Shown here: positions 23,706 through 38,210 of the stretch, one piece after another
How the letters are laid out: every line of letters begins with the position of its first letter
How positions within the stretch are numbered: position 1 is the stretch's first letter
Made by a program: the position numbers and the translations under genes
Notes under the pieces: generated by a model
Seen by the model: the letters and a program-made list of their open reading frames with translations, nothing else
Databases searched by the model: none
Told to the model about the DNA's origin: nothing
Source of the DNA: Epiperipatus broadwayi
Taxonomy: Eukaryota > Animalia > Onychophora
Length of the DNA stretch: 64,000 nt
Assembly: GCA_028023455.1 (NCBI GenBank)
Contig: JAQFVV010000009.1
Coordinates: 620,001 to 684,000, forward strand
Reading direction: 5' to 3'

Positions 23706-26700
23706 AAAATGGGGTTTTGCATAAACATTTAAAAAAAAAAATGGGGTTTTGCATAAACATTTAAAAACTGATTACTTTTCACCTAAGTTAATAGTAGTAT
23801 ATTATCTTTTGTCTCTTTCTATAAAAAAGTTTATATAATCATTTTTCATTAATTTATAAATTTTCTTTAGCTAACACTACTATTTAGAAATTATGATTAG
23901 ATAAGTTAAAGCCTAGATTAACATCATGGTTTTAAGAAGTCATTAAAAGTTTTATTTTTAGAATGAAAAGCTAATAAACATGCTATTGCGTAAGATAGAA
24001 AATTCCTAGTCCTGATCTTGCAGTCACACTTGTTATATAAAAATTTTATGAAATTAAAATTCATAAATAGGGCATATGTAGAAATGAAGACATATAAAAA
24101 ATGAGTATATAAATATAATAGTAAGTGATGCAGGGAAAAACCAATATTATGGCCATGTACAAAGAATGAGAAATAACAAGAGACTAGAAAAAATACAAAT
24201 AAACAAAAAAAGAAAAACAATTACAAACTTAAAATAAAAAGCTTACACAGAATGAAAATTTGACTTTGAATATATTCTAAATTGCATTGTTTACTCTATA
24301 TATAGTACAATAAATTGCTATGTTCAAAACAATATTTTTATTAAACTATCTTAAAAACTTTTTCTACAAATGTATACTGTATAAAGTTGAGAAACTTTAT
24401 TCAGAAGGAAATTTCTATTAATATAAAACTTTAGATAATTAATGCAATTTAAGGTTCTGAGAATGTTTAATTTCATACTAATGCACCAGAATGCATAAAG
24501 TAGACTTTGTTCATTACACATATTCAGCAAAAATAGTCATCTAAAATTCTCAAGAATAGTGACAACCTGATGCTTGTCTATATATATGTGTGTGAAAATA
24601 TCTCAGTGCATATTGCTAGCTGAAAATTTAAATACAAAATGTTCAAATCACCCCCCCCCCCCCAACAATGTTTTTTTTCCCCTTTTGAAACGTGCTGCTT
24701 GAAATTCAGACTTTATATTTATTCACAGAGGATCTTGCTGAAAAAAAAAACAACCAGTTGGAAGGGTAATTTGAACATTATATTTATATATTCAAATAGA
24801 TTTATTCATTTATTGGTCAAAATGTGAAAACACTGAAATTCACCGAATGCCTTTTAACATTTGCATGTAAATATATTCAAGTAATTACCTTCTTATTTAT
24901 TTATTACACCAAATATCTTTGTTTTGCAATAATGATATATTAAAAATATAATGATAAAAATAATCTTTAAATAGCCCCGAGCAGGGCAGAGGCTTCCCAA
25001 AAAATAATAAAGGAGACAGCATTACTTATCAGTTTTGCAATTGTTGGATGATAAGAATTTGAGCAATTTTTCATCCTAACTAAAATCGGTAAATAAATAT
25101 CTAGTTATTCTTAGAATAACTAAATATTTATTAACCGATTATTATTGTATGGGTAGTTGGGATAGCCATAGACCATCAACCTGAATAAAAATCTTAAGTT
25201 TGATAAAAATCTGAAAAAAAAATTCAAGCTTTACCAGTTCAGGATTCAAACTCAGATCATAAAATAGCAAATATTTGCATAACCATTACATGATCCCTAT
25301 TTCACTATAAATTTATACAAAGTGCATAAAAGTTCAGAATCTATAATTTTCACAAAACAAATTTCTTCTCTCTCTTTCAAAATAAATATTTTAAAAACTG
25401 TTCTAGTTTCAAAGCTAAAAATATGTGTAAAAACAGGTTCATCATCTGCCTTCCGTGTCTACATACTTAGGATTAAGAGTCTGATTAGCTACATCTTAGA
25501 AACTTTTTAAAATCATAAGCAGGCTTAGGACTTTTTTTTCAGGCAATCATCTATAGTAAACCAACTAATATTACAATATTGGTTAATATATGGATATCTA
25601 GTTAGTTTTAGCTAAAGCGTAAAGGTGACTAATTAATTTGAGCTGATAAATACTGATAAAAACTGTAATGGAGATCTGTTATTACTCCTATGAGACTGTA
25701 ATCATATCTACAATTAAAATATACTATACATATGGTAAATGACCAATTAAGAATTTTTATTTCAACAAAAACTCTTCAATGAAAAAACCATTGATTTCGT
25801 CAAACTTTCAACATATATATATAAAGAATATATAAATACAAATGTTATTGATAAAAAGTTTTTACAATAACCTTTCTGTTCATATAAATAAAAAAAATTA
25901 TAACTTATTTCAAACTTTTTTTTTAATGCTTATCTAAATACTGATATAGTGGATTGAACATGTAATTAAACATGATTACATTTCTACAAAAATGCAAATA
26001 TTTACTATTAAAAATTTACATGAAAATATTAATATGATTTGTAAATAAAAAAATTACTGATCAATAATTTCTTGTAGTAAAAAATCACCAAAAAAAAAAG
26101 GCATGATTCAGGAATGTTAAAAAAATCCCAGATGAAAATCTTTGGAAGAATTTCAAAATAAGCTCAACAATTGTGCATTGATGATGGATCCAGTTGATAT
26201 CAGGAAAAATATCATTTAATAATATCTTAAATTTTATTTTAAAAGTCAATAATCTCTTATTTTATTAAGTCCAATTAACTTAAGCTTTGATTTTGATTAC
26301 TTATATATCTAGATATAATAGAGCTAATTTGTGTAAATTTCCACTTTTTCTTGCAGAATGAAAATTCTTTTAAATTCTGTAATAATTATTTAAACATATT
26401 TTATAACTTTCATCAACAGGGTTTTATATCATAAAATAAAATTATTATTTTATGAATAATATACATTATTTCATAAACAAAAAATATAAAACCTATAAAA
26501 TACAATTCCTTTCAGTTGTTTTATTTAATGTTATAAAATTTTAAATATAATACCGAATTGTGAAAATTGAAATATGATTATGCATAGTTAAATGTTTTAC
26601 AAATATCAAACTGTATGCCAGTAGAAAATGAGTTTATTTTCATTTCTGATGATTCGATAATTATTTTGTTACTAAAGGTTATATAAATGATTTATCTTGT

Positions 26701-27204
26701 TGACATATAGTGACCATCACTGATTCAAGTAGTGTTTGCTGTTAGTCTTAACACTAATATTGATGACCACAATTAAAGTTCTTCTCTGCTTCTCATTATG
26801 AGATTTGTCTAAATGTAATTATTGTAATATGGATTTTTTTACTTTAAATGCTTAAACTAAAATGCATTACCTCATTCCACCCCCCACTCCTCCAAACAAA
26901 CTACTCTAAACATTCCTCATTATTATACAAAACAAACTGAACAAATTTCTTAACAAACATGGTAAATAAATAAATGTTATAATAAATAGTTGTATGTTGA
27001 AACTTTTCATCAACTATTTGAAATTGTTAAATGTTTTTAAAATAATTCAAACTTTATTTATAACATTTTAAATACACAGAATGTGAAACATAGTATTTTT
27101 GGGGTATTAGTATTACTCTCACTGTTGCTAGTTAACTGGTGACAGTTAACAGATCTTTAGATTCACGAATATTGAATTTAGGATGATGCTCTAACTAGCT
27201 AGAT

Positions 27205-27644
27205 CAGGGTTCGGCAAACTGTGGATTGCAAGCTAAATGTGATTATTTGATCCCAATCTTGTGATTCTTTTTATTATCATAAACACATAAATATTTGAAT
27301 GACTTTAGGAGGAAAATGCATATTACATATTATTTCTTGTATTCGCATTATTATTGTATAGTAATTATTATATATGATGAATATTTAAATATTAGATATT
27401 TATGAATAACTCAAAATTTTTTGTTTTTATTTATTTATTTTTAAGAGAATTTTTATTTTCATTAGCTTATATACAGATTCTATTACGTTTTATTACTAAA
27501 ATAAATGTTCAAATATATTCATAGTCATTCACAAATTAGTTTTTTTTTTTTCAGGAGCATATTTTTCATCTCTTTCCTTGCAGCTCTTTAAATAGGAGAA
27601 GATTTAAATAAAATGGCTCTTTGTTTTAAGTTTGTTGACCTTTG
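27205..27644. mobile_element. hAT (Charlie/Buster-type) MITE
   Basis: Degenerate TIRs CAGGGTTCGGCAAACT / AGTTTGTTGACCTTTG. Perfect 8-bp TSD AGCTAGAT at 27197-27204 and 27645-27652. Confidence 0.8.
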
Positions 27645-29485
27645 AGCTAGATGATTCTGTCAAAGGTAAGTTAATAAAAATTTTATTATACTTATCTATG
27701 AGAATCTTTTTTCTTTTAATAAAAGGGCAAGATCAATGAGTGGTTTTTGAACAATATGGATTATCATACTAAATTAACTTGCAAAATATTTACTAATATC
27801 ATATGAACAGCATCTTTAAATTTAGTTTTTTTACTTTTTCCTCTCAGCCCAATATTCTTGTGTTTTTCCAATCAAACATAGATCCATTGTATCTGAATAT
27901 AGATCTATTGGCTCATGCACAATCTACTAGATTAAACATGTCTTTTTCTTTTTAATCATCAAAATAGTGGAAATAATCCAATATATAACTAAAATTAAAA
28001 TGCCATCATCCCAAACCTTCAGACAATGTTTCATAATTACAGTTTTTATTATATTAATAAAAATAAATGAACAAGAAAATGGTTAAATGCTCAGGAGGTT
28101 TACGTTGTTTGAGTACCATAAAAGGCAAACTGAGCTTTGATAAAGGAAACTCTGGAGTCATCACCTTATCATCATGCTATTACCATTGGTAGAGTGATGA
28201 AATATTATAATGAAAGCTGTAAGTCTATAAATCATTTGAACTTATGAACTCTCAAGCAATAAATTATTCAATTATTTATTTTTATAACATATATTTAAAT
28301 TTTTGTTTATATATATATATATAAATTCTCTTATAAATAAATGAAAAATATGAAAACTAAATGTTATTTTTTAAAGTGATATCTTTTACAGTTGATACAA
28401 GATGATAGGAGTATCATTTAATAATTTTATATATGGATGATACTTATTTTATACCCATAGTAATATTTTAAAATAAGTGTTTATAAGAAAATTTTAAGAA
28501 GAAATTTCTACTCCTAATATGATTTTTTCGCCAAAACTGATTCTAGTATTGTTTTTTTTCTTTAACAAATTGCAATTTTTATAACATTATAGTCAATTTA
28601 ATTTTAAAAAACAAAAGCACAAAAAGTGGAATAAATTTTCTGATAAAAAAAAAAGGGAAAAATATAAATATAAAATTAATAATAAAAAGAAAAAGGAGAG
28701 CAGAAAGTTAGAAAACTAAAACAAACTCTATTGAAATATGACTATATACAACTTTTAAATAAAAAAACAAAAATCAAGAAAGGTAATTGTCGAATATGTA
28801 TTTTTTTACATAATTTGTGTTTTTGTACATAAGCCTTAACTATATATATATATCCATATGCCTAATTCTATGTAAATTTATCACATATTCAAATTTTAAA
28901 ATAAACTATTTAAATAAAAATAATAACACATCTTCTGATATATTCCCATGTTTATATTTGCATGTCAATGTTATAAAAAGTTTTTTAAGCTAGCCTATTG
29001 CAACGACATCTAGTATACCTTTAACAAAAAATAGTGAAGAAAACACTACTCACCAGGCTTTTCTAATACAGAAAATGAGGATTTACAATTTTCCTTTCAT
29101 TTTAATTAAGGTTTTAAATAATATATACACACACACAAATACATAATTAAATCAGTCACATTTATATGCAAATATCTATATGGAGTTAAATCATTAATTT
29201 TAATCAAGGTTTCAAACTATTATTCTAATGCTATACTAAACTTAATTATACACAAATTTTCCAGTATGTGCTCAGTTGTATGCTATTCATTTGATTAGTA
29301 ACATCTGATTTTGATATAACCCATACTTCCTATCTGGGAAGTCATGTGATGTTGTTGATAAACACTTTTTTTTAACTTGCATCAATACCATTTCTACAAA
29401 ACATTTTTTCCTTAGTGTTCAAATGAATATCCAGATATATTTAGTTATCATTCAATAAAAAAAAAAATAGAACTTCATTAATACT

Positions 29486-29650
29486 TTATTTTTTCTTGTC
29501 AATTCTAGGTATTTTTTTAGAATGTCCACGAAAAGCAAGAATGGGATTAATTCGGGCATCTTTAGTTCGATTCCTATTTTTAACATTAGCATAAGAATAG
29601 AAGTGATGACCAATTTTTTTGGTTCGTTCATCTCGTGCAATGCGCCGCCG
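29486..29650 (-). CDS. GNL2: GNL2 last coding exon
   Basis: tttccag|RRRIARDERTKKIGHHFYSYANVKNRNRTKDARINPILAFRGHSKKIPRIDKKK*. Matches the GNL2 C-terminal KKxG..Y...NVKNRNR motif. Confidence 0.9.
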   Translation of the reverse strand, partial: RRRIARDERTKKIGHHFYSYANVKNRNRTKDARINPILAFRGHSKKIPRIDKKK

Positions 29651-32600
29651 CTGGAAAGAAAAAAAAATACATATTGTAAATATATCATTTTAAAATATAT
29701 ATGTGTCTACATTTATAAATTAAAAAAATATAAAGTAATTATTTCAAATTTAATATTAATATATTTATATTATAATCTCCATGACAGTTTACACACGCAT
29801 GGCTTTTATGTGCACTTTTTTTTAATTATGAATTCTAAGATATAAAAAATTATGTGTGTAAATAAATTATAAAGTAATTTGTTTAATAATAATAATAATT
29901 GTAAAAATTAAAATTTTATTACCATTCTTTATTTTAAAATAAAGTAACTATTTTAAAATAATGTTGCTATGGGAACCATTTGGAAACTCTTAGTTCGTCT
30001 GCTTTACACAAAGGAAGGGCATGTGTCACTTATAAGAGGGAAGTCAATAAAAATTGTAATGATTATTTAAGTTGAAAATGCAGCGTATGGGGTAAAAAAC
30101 TCCATAATCCATATCCTGATCTTTCCAGTACTATAGCTGATTATGAAAGTGTAAACAAAAGAGTGCCTTAAAATTATTTCGATTCTGCAGGTCTATTAAT
30201 TACTCTCTGAAGTTGGAAAAAATGTGACACTTGCTTTATGAAAACTTGCTCTCTAAATAATTATCACATAGAAATATTCTTCTATGAATTGATTTGCAAA
30301 CCTATATAATTTCGATGCTCTTAATAACAGGCAATATTACTTGAAAATAAACTATTATAGAAACAAACAAAGAGAAGTTAAGATATTGGAAAATTGTTTG
30401 CAAATGTATAAAATAATGATTTTGATGGGTATATATTTACATTTACAAGTGAATGAAATGTGAGCTCATAGAGATATCAATAGGTAATCAGATGAACTTA
30501 ATATAAACTTTTGCTTTATGAATTATTATGATTCAGCAAAGATTTTTCTTATCATGCATGCTCTTCATTCAATCTTAGCTGTAAATATATAAATACAATT
30601 TTTTTATATATATTTACTCTCATTTTATTTGTTAATTAAAGTTATTGTTATTATTAATAATTTTGTTGGTTGTTTATTTCTCATCCCAATTCCAAGCAGA
30701 TTATTTTGTCATACAATCATATTATTAATGTAGAGGAGATAACGATTAGGAAACATGATTGAATCTGCATAAAGACTTGTTTTTTTATATGTTCAGTCTG
30801 ATTGTTATCCATGACTATTATAAATTAGTCAATTAAAAAAAAAAATTGTATAGTCACTTCACTATATATGCGATCACCAGTTAGAGGTTTCTAATTTTCC
30901 TACACTAAAAGAATAATTTGTGAATATTATCATTTATTTGTTATTTTGATCAATTATTATTGTTAAAAGAGCAATTGCCGTTACAATATATAAGTAAATT
31001 AAGTTTTCTGTCCAACAAAGCAATATATTATTGACTGATCAAGCAATAACACTTGACAATCTGCAATAGTAGTTAGTGACTGCTTATTACATTCTTTACA
31101 TTAATGATGTTTACATCTACATTATAAACTTTAATGAGCACTTTATTTTAATTAAGATGCACAATACATTGTATGTATATAATGTAAACATACTTTTTAC
31201 AAATATTGCAGCATTTTTATCTTAAAATTGTATTAATATTTGTGCTCCTAACAAGTTGTTTAATCACCAAAAAGTTATATTGATAGAATATCAAATCTAT
31301 TAGGAATTGGGGCAGTTCTGACTTTTTATAAATCAAATGGCTTTTTAATAATGAATATTTTAATTTAATAATACAAATATGCTCACTATAAATGTATGTG
31401 GCTGTAAGCACTATATTATGTATTGTAGAAAAAATATTGTATTTTGGCTTATACTGAATTCATCAGATAATGACTATATTGCTAAAACAATTCTTTAATA
31501 TAGTATATACATTCTTGAATAATAATAAACATTTTATATGCATAGAATATTTCATTCCACGACTATAAGTGACAAATAGAAATTGTCATGCTATTGTTAA
31601 GAAACAATTCTTACAGCAATAGTTAATGTCACTAATTAGATTATTAGAAAATGAAATCCAAAAATAGTTATGAATCAATATACTTCTTCTTATTTATATA
31701 TATAAATCTATGTATTCATCTACCACATCATTTGAATTTGTAACTTCCATAATAAATAATAAAACAAAAGCAGCTCTCAAGTCTAGTTCCCTCTATAGTA
31801 AGCTTAAGTAATCATGACTGCCAAATAAGACTGGTTTCTGCTTTTATTAATGATGATGACTTGGAATTCAAAGCTGCAAATAATGCAGTTATGCATCTAG
31901 CAACCATCCTTAATTCCATTTTAAATGCATTATTAACTAGTAATCACTGTTTACTCGAGCTTAATATAAATGGCACTAGAGTAAAAAGCTATTCTTATTA
32001 TATCATATGCCGTGCAAGCTAATAAATCAAGTAAAGTGTTTCATTAACATTCCTGGCCAGGGATTAGTAGTGGCTACAGTTACGAAAAAACTAAGATTAC
32101 TAAAATATATACTGGTAATATTGACCTACAGTCAGAACTATATAATTGTTCATGCACATAGCTTGACTAATTAGAGAAAAATAATGCATATAGATTTACA
32201 TAGATTGGATGTCTCAAGACAAATCCATTATCACTGTCAATTTATAACTGGTTTAAATGTGAAATATTTTGAAACAAAGTCCTTAATCATTATGAGTTCT
32301 TTAAAAGATTGTATGTATATTGAACTTATTGAGTATCAGAATGTGAAAATATTTGAAAATAGCATTTTCATGAAAATACCAACAGACATTATAGGATGAT
32401 TGAGAAGCTATTAAGACACACATTAAATCAAATGATTCTGAATACGATACAAATACTGCAAGGCTGTTCCATGATTGGTAATGATAACAACAAATATATT
32501 TGCAAACTTTAACAATAATTCTTATATTAAGTAATAAGTCAAAAATTTTGTTTAAATAAAGATGATTATCAAAGCCTTGTGTGTTAATGACATAACAACT

Positions 32601-34266
32601 GGGACAAATTCAGAGAGGTCTTTTTTTCAAGATATGCACTTGTATAGATTATCAAATGATATAATAACTAGCCATCTTCAATATATATTACCATCATGTT
32701 GATGGCTCATAAGAATGTGATTGCAATTTTATAGTCAGATGTTGCTTTTTCTCAAAGATGACATTGAGAAAAATTTTTCATGTGTATATAAAAAATCCAA
32801 ATGTTTTCAAGGATAGTATAACTTTTGATTTTTTCTCTATTAAATATCTACGCACCTTATTGAATGTATAATTGCAAGAATATTCTTGAACATCTTGCAA
32901 TGCCACTGAATTATAAAATCAGGAAACACTTAATAGTCATATATATATTTTAGTTCACTATTAAAATTTTTTGCACAATTGATTTAATTATGAAGATATT
33001 GATTATTGTAACAATATTTCTGTTTTTTTTATCTATCTAGCTAATATTGAAAGGAAATGATATTATTCACATGCTATTCTAAGTGAGTATTTTAAGCAGA
33101 GTGCATTAGTATCTAATAGGGTAGTGATTTTAGAAGTGAAATGGTAATTTATAGTATTTGTTTAAGATAAAATTTTATATCTTATACACACAATCTCATT
33201 TATCCCTAAGATGTATTCCAAAAATTGGATCAACAGCTCTAAACAAGATCAATTTAACAATGGTAAATTTTTTGCAGAGTGAGTTATTTTGATGATAATC
33301 AAAAATAATCATCATTAATAATTTGACAGAAAGGCTTACTTTCTCTAAGCTTTTCTATCCTTCTTTGACTCCTTAAGATTAACTATTAAATTATTTCTTG
33401 TATTTGTTTTTCTTTTATTTAATAATTGAAATGGAAGCTTTAAAAAAATTCCAGAAAATGATATTATCACACTAGTATATACTGGTTGATTATCATCATA
33501 TTAAATAAAACAGAAAATAAACCATACCCCTGCATTACATCCTTCCTATATCTACCTCTTTGGTAGAATAACTATTAAATCTCTTATTAATACTTTCTGA
33601 TACATATACATATTTCTTAATAACTTTTTCCAATCTAAAGCTTTTTTTCAAGATATCCAATAAAATATCCAAATTTTCTTTTCAAGATTCATGAAACAAA
33701 TATTAAACTTTTTTTCCTCTGTATATCGTTCAACAATAGTTCTCACTTTACCTTTTTAAAATATAAACTGCTCAGATATAAACATGTCTAATCTACTAAA
33801 AAAATCACTTATTCAAAGCTCTCCAACTCTAACTGTATCTAAGATTAAGCTAAATATTGTGAAATCTTCACACGTTGTTGCATCAGATATTCTCCTGAGT
33901 TGCAGAGCATATTGCAAATAGCAACTAATTCTCTCATAAATCCTTTATCTAAAGTATATAATAATAATTCAGTTGAAATCTCATCAATTTTTTTTTGTAT
34001 TTTGTCATTATTCATTTTATATAAATTTTTTCAACTTCTCTTTTAATTAGTGACATATTTCACCTTACTTGCCTTTCTTTGACAATTAACAATAAATGAA
34101 GGCCAATTAGTTTTATAATATTAAATTACTTTTATATTTTATATTCCTTCATCTTTTCAAGCATCCACTTTCATTAATAATAAATTGCCATTTCTACTTT
34201 TAATTATTGGTTCATTTCAGCAACTCTGGTTTTCTGAAGTAAACTATTTGTATAAAGACCCTAGAT

Positions 34267-37127
34267 CAGAGGTCTTCAATCTTTTTTTATTTACTGCCCA
34301 CTTCAATATATTTGGGGATTACAATATGTCTACTGCCCACCAAACATAAAATTTGATATTTTTACAGAACACAATTTTATTCAAAAATAACATTGAGAAG
34401 TAACCACAAAATAAGATATAAGTAACCAATGCAAATATGAATAATCATACCTAGAGACATAATAAAATTTAAAACTGATCTAATGCAAGAACAGAACTCA
34501 TTAATATGTATATATTGTGATAATTATAACATAAAAATAAGAAATATCTGCATATTTATTCAATAATTAATATATAAGAAAAATAAAAGTTTGATAGAAA
34601 TTACTTTTAATGAGAGTCTTGTGCATGACGTGGTTAAGTAAATAGTTTATGTTTAGTTTTGTCAAAAACAATTGAAGGTCTCCCTTCTCTTGTACATCCA
34701 AGCAGTTTCTGCCCTTGGTCAAAAGTTTGTTCACAACACTGAATCCTGCTTCCACCAAATATGAAGTTGGAAAGACTATCAGAAGTGAAAATATTTTATT
34801 CCATAAACGTGGATACAGCTCAGAGATTTTTTTATTTTGCCACAGTTGTAGATATCCTCCTTCATTAAAATTTATTTTACTCTCAATGCCATATTTTAGT
34901 TACAATCTAAATTCAATTTGTTATATTTATATTAAATGGGGACTCAATCCATGCATCGACTTCCAGGTTTGATGATATCTTGAAAACAGATTTCCAAGTC
35001 AAGTTTGAGAAATATGAAAATGACTACTATATGTTTCCAAATCATTAACTTTAAGATCATCTTTAATTGATAACAACTTAGGAAACTGATTCAATTCCTT
35101 ATTCATCATATTTTGTATGAACAAATTTAATTTATCAATAAATAGACACAAATTACTTTTTTGCATTCAATAAAAGTCATAATTTCTTCTTGGAAGTATA
35201 AACTAACTTCATTTAATTTAGTAAGCATACAAGTTAAATGAAAAAAATCATTTTTATGAGCTTTTCATTTCTGGCTCATATCGACTTCTTTGGCACTTTC
35301 AAAAAAATAAGATAGTTGTATAAAATTCCAAAAAATGTGAAAGTCAGTGTCCTCTTGATAACCAGTGTACTTCTGTATAAAGAATTAATCAGACTTATGA
35401 TCCATCACAATCCTTGCAAAACTGCTTGAATACTCTATCAATTTTTCCATTAGATTTAATCTTGTTAATTGGATTTATGACAATTGTTAAAGATAAATAT
35501 AAACTAGCATTAGTATGCTTTGCAGCAAGATGTTGCCTGTGAATAATGCAATGGATGCATAATACATTGGGAACTTCTTTCTTCAAATGTGCTAAAACTC
35601 TTAGTAGCAGCAACTATTGTTGGTATTTCATCTGTTATGCAAGCAACTATATTTGTTAATGGTATGTTATATTTTTCAAAATAGGATTGAATTGTAGTAT
35701 AAATGGATATATCTTTTGTATCCATAATAAGACTACTAGATAACAGCATTTTTTCTTGCAACAAATATATTTTCATGGAAATAAACGAACATAAGCCATT
35801 AAAAGAGCATCGTTATCAACAACTGTTGATTCATCTACTTACAGAGAAAATTATTTTGTTTGAAGCAAACAAACAAGTTGCTATTTCATCCATCCGCTGT
35901 TTAATTGTGTTATTACTAATCGGCAGCAAATTTTTCAGAATATCAGCTGAGTCCTAATGCATCATTGTTGATAAAAGTACTTCAAAACATGATTTTAGTA
36001 ACTTTTTTCCAATAGCTTGGGCTCCCCCATTTTTAGCAATAAGTTCAGATATCTTGTAACTTGCTATGAGTGTAGCTTTGATTTTTCTTGAATACTTTTC
36101 AAATGTTGAAGTCATGGTATTAAGTTTTTAAAATTTTTCATAAATATCTTTAAAATATTCTACAGATTTTTCACTTTTATCTCTGTTTAGCATGAAGATA
36201 TTCTTGCAATTGAGATGGACTCATTGCTTCATCAGAAAATGATTTTTGAATCAATAAACATATTGCGTGGTTTCATTTACTGGTGATTCAATAAAACCAT
36301 ATATCAAATATCCAATTCAATATAAACGGTCGTGGTTTGCAGACTGTACTGCCGCCGCTAGAGGCGCTGTTTCTGTGTTTTCACACATAACATACAGGGT
36401 AGGGGCCTCAAAAGCAGATGACGCTTTTTCTGCCGATAGGTGGCGCTGTTCACCATGCGTACGCACAGGAACCTTCCACAAGCTGGCTGGCAGCTTGCGT
36501 CGTCTGCTACCAAGAACCTAGGTGGCGCTGATTGCCGTAAACACATCTAGCTTATGTGTCGTCTGCTATCAGAAACTACCAAGATTCTAGCCCACCTATC
36601 GGCAGAAAAAGCGTCGTCTGCTTTTGAGGCCCCTACCCTGTATGTTCTGTGTGAAAACACAGAAACAGCGCCTCTAGTGGCGGCAGTACAGTCTGCAAAC
36701 CACAACCATATAAACAAGTACACTTTTTTTTTAGAAGGTATAATAAAAAAGTGGATACATCCAGAAAATACAGCAAAATTATTCAGCAAATGAACGGTCA
36801 ACTGAACTGACAGAATTCTATGTACACATTATTGTGTCGCAATCTCGTAGATTTTTGTTTTACTGTACATGTAGCGCCACCTTCCAGATTTTTACATTTC
36901 TCATTTTAGAATTTCGTATTAAACATGTAACGTTATGACCCATGTTCAATATAAAATTCTAAATATTGCCAATACGTTCAAACTAAAAAAATTTATAAAA
37001 CAGGATCATAAAATAATGATGTAGTTTTTAAAAATTTAAATGAAAGTACTATCATATTAAATTATCGCCCACTAAAAATCGTAAAACACCCACTAGAAGG
37101 CGCTACCCACCACATTGAACACCTCTG
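34267..37127 (-). mobile_element. Decayed hAT Buster/Charlie-type DNA transposon
   Basis: TIRs CAGAGGTCTTCAA / TTGAACACCTCTG; TSD CCCTAGAT/CCCTAGAC. Transposase fragments IHCIIHRQHLAAK, NIPLTNIVACITD and VEAGFSVVNKLLTK.RN.L (dimerisation domain). Confidence 0.9.
36328..36707. mobile_element. Young CpG-rich MITE (~115-bp TIRs, GG termini, 8-bp TSD) nested in the hAT element
   Basis: GGTCGTGGTTTGCAGACTGTAC... / ...GTACAGTCTGCAAACCACAACC; TSD ATATAAAC at 36320-36327 and 36708-36715. Superfamily (MULE, hAT or P) undetermined. Confidence 0.85.
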
Positions 37128-38076
37128 CCCTAGACAAAAAAAAAGTTCTTATTTCAGTTATCAACAATGACATTTATACTATTTAAGACTTTATTAATTC
37201 CAAGATATCTACTATTTTTAGCACATAAAAATATTTAAACTATAGTAACTTACACATGGAATTTTCAAACTTGATAAAAATTTTATCAGTGCAGCCCTCA
37301 TCTACATATTGCAATAATCACCAGTGCAAAACTTCAGACGACCTTTTCTCATTAGACAAATATTTTGCAAAAAACCATTTATCAAGTGTGACAAGCATAA
37401 ATACCTGAATCTCCATGTCTATGGTGACAATTCAATATTTTTCCAGTACTCCAACCTCTCACAAGGTAAGAGTGTCTGGTTTTTATCTATTTTTAATACT
37501 TTGTAGAAGAGTGAGTAATTATTGCACTGTAGAGATTTGTTAAAATTTTTGTCAGTGCACCCCTTGTCTCAAACTCTACTATATCACAATCATCCAGAAT
37601 GTTTGCTTCTTAAGTTCAAGCCTATCAGTAATTACCATGCAGTCTTCAATGAATATTTCTCAAACTCTGAAATAATTTAACAAATTTTTTAACTATAATT
37701 ACTTTTTTATACTATAAATCTATTACCAAATCAGCATTTTTGAACATGAACATTATAAGAAATAGTTTATCCATCTTTTTACATGAATTGTTTTTGTCTT
37801 AGCATTAATAAAATGCTACATTTTTTTTTTTTTATAATCATAAAAGTAAAATAATGAAGCTTATATTTACACAGAAAATTATTCTTGTATTAATACAGTA
37901 AAATCAATCATTTAATGATTTATATAAGTATATGTATGCATGCATACTGCTTAAATTATATTAGCCCTTCTTTATATATTTACTACTCATGAAGAAAACT
38001 TTTTCTTTTAGAATATTTTAATTTTATTCTTTTAACATCTAAAATAACAATATACTGAAATCAAAATATAACTAAC

Positions 38077-38210
38077 CTCCTTGGCAGTAAGTTTGACGGG
38101 TTCTTCTTCTTCATCAAAAAACACAATATTTCTTCCATACTTATTTCCAACGACCTCAACTTTAGTTATATCCGGAGTATCTTCAAGTGTAAATTCAAGG
38201 AAACCATGAG
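38077..38210 (-). CDS. GNL2: GNL2 penultimate exon
   Basis: ttcatag|CT CAT GGT...GAG|gttagt, 134 nt, phase 1 to 0. Ends ...EEEEPVKLTAKE, leading into RRR as in the GNL2 LTxKERRR motif. Confidence 0.85.

Noticed and set aside
36267-36801. ORFs of 62-84 aa within the MITE
   Set aside because: Arise from GC-rich TIRs; mirrored sequence, no domain.
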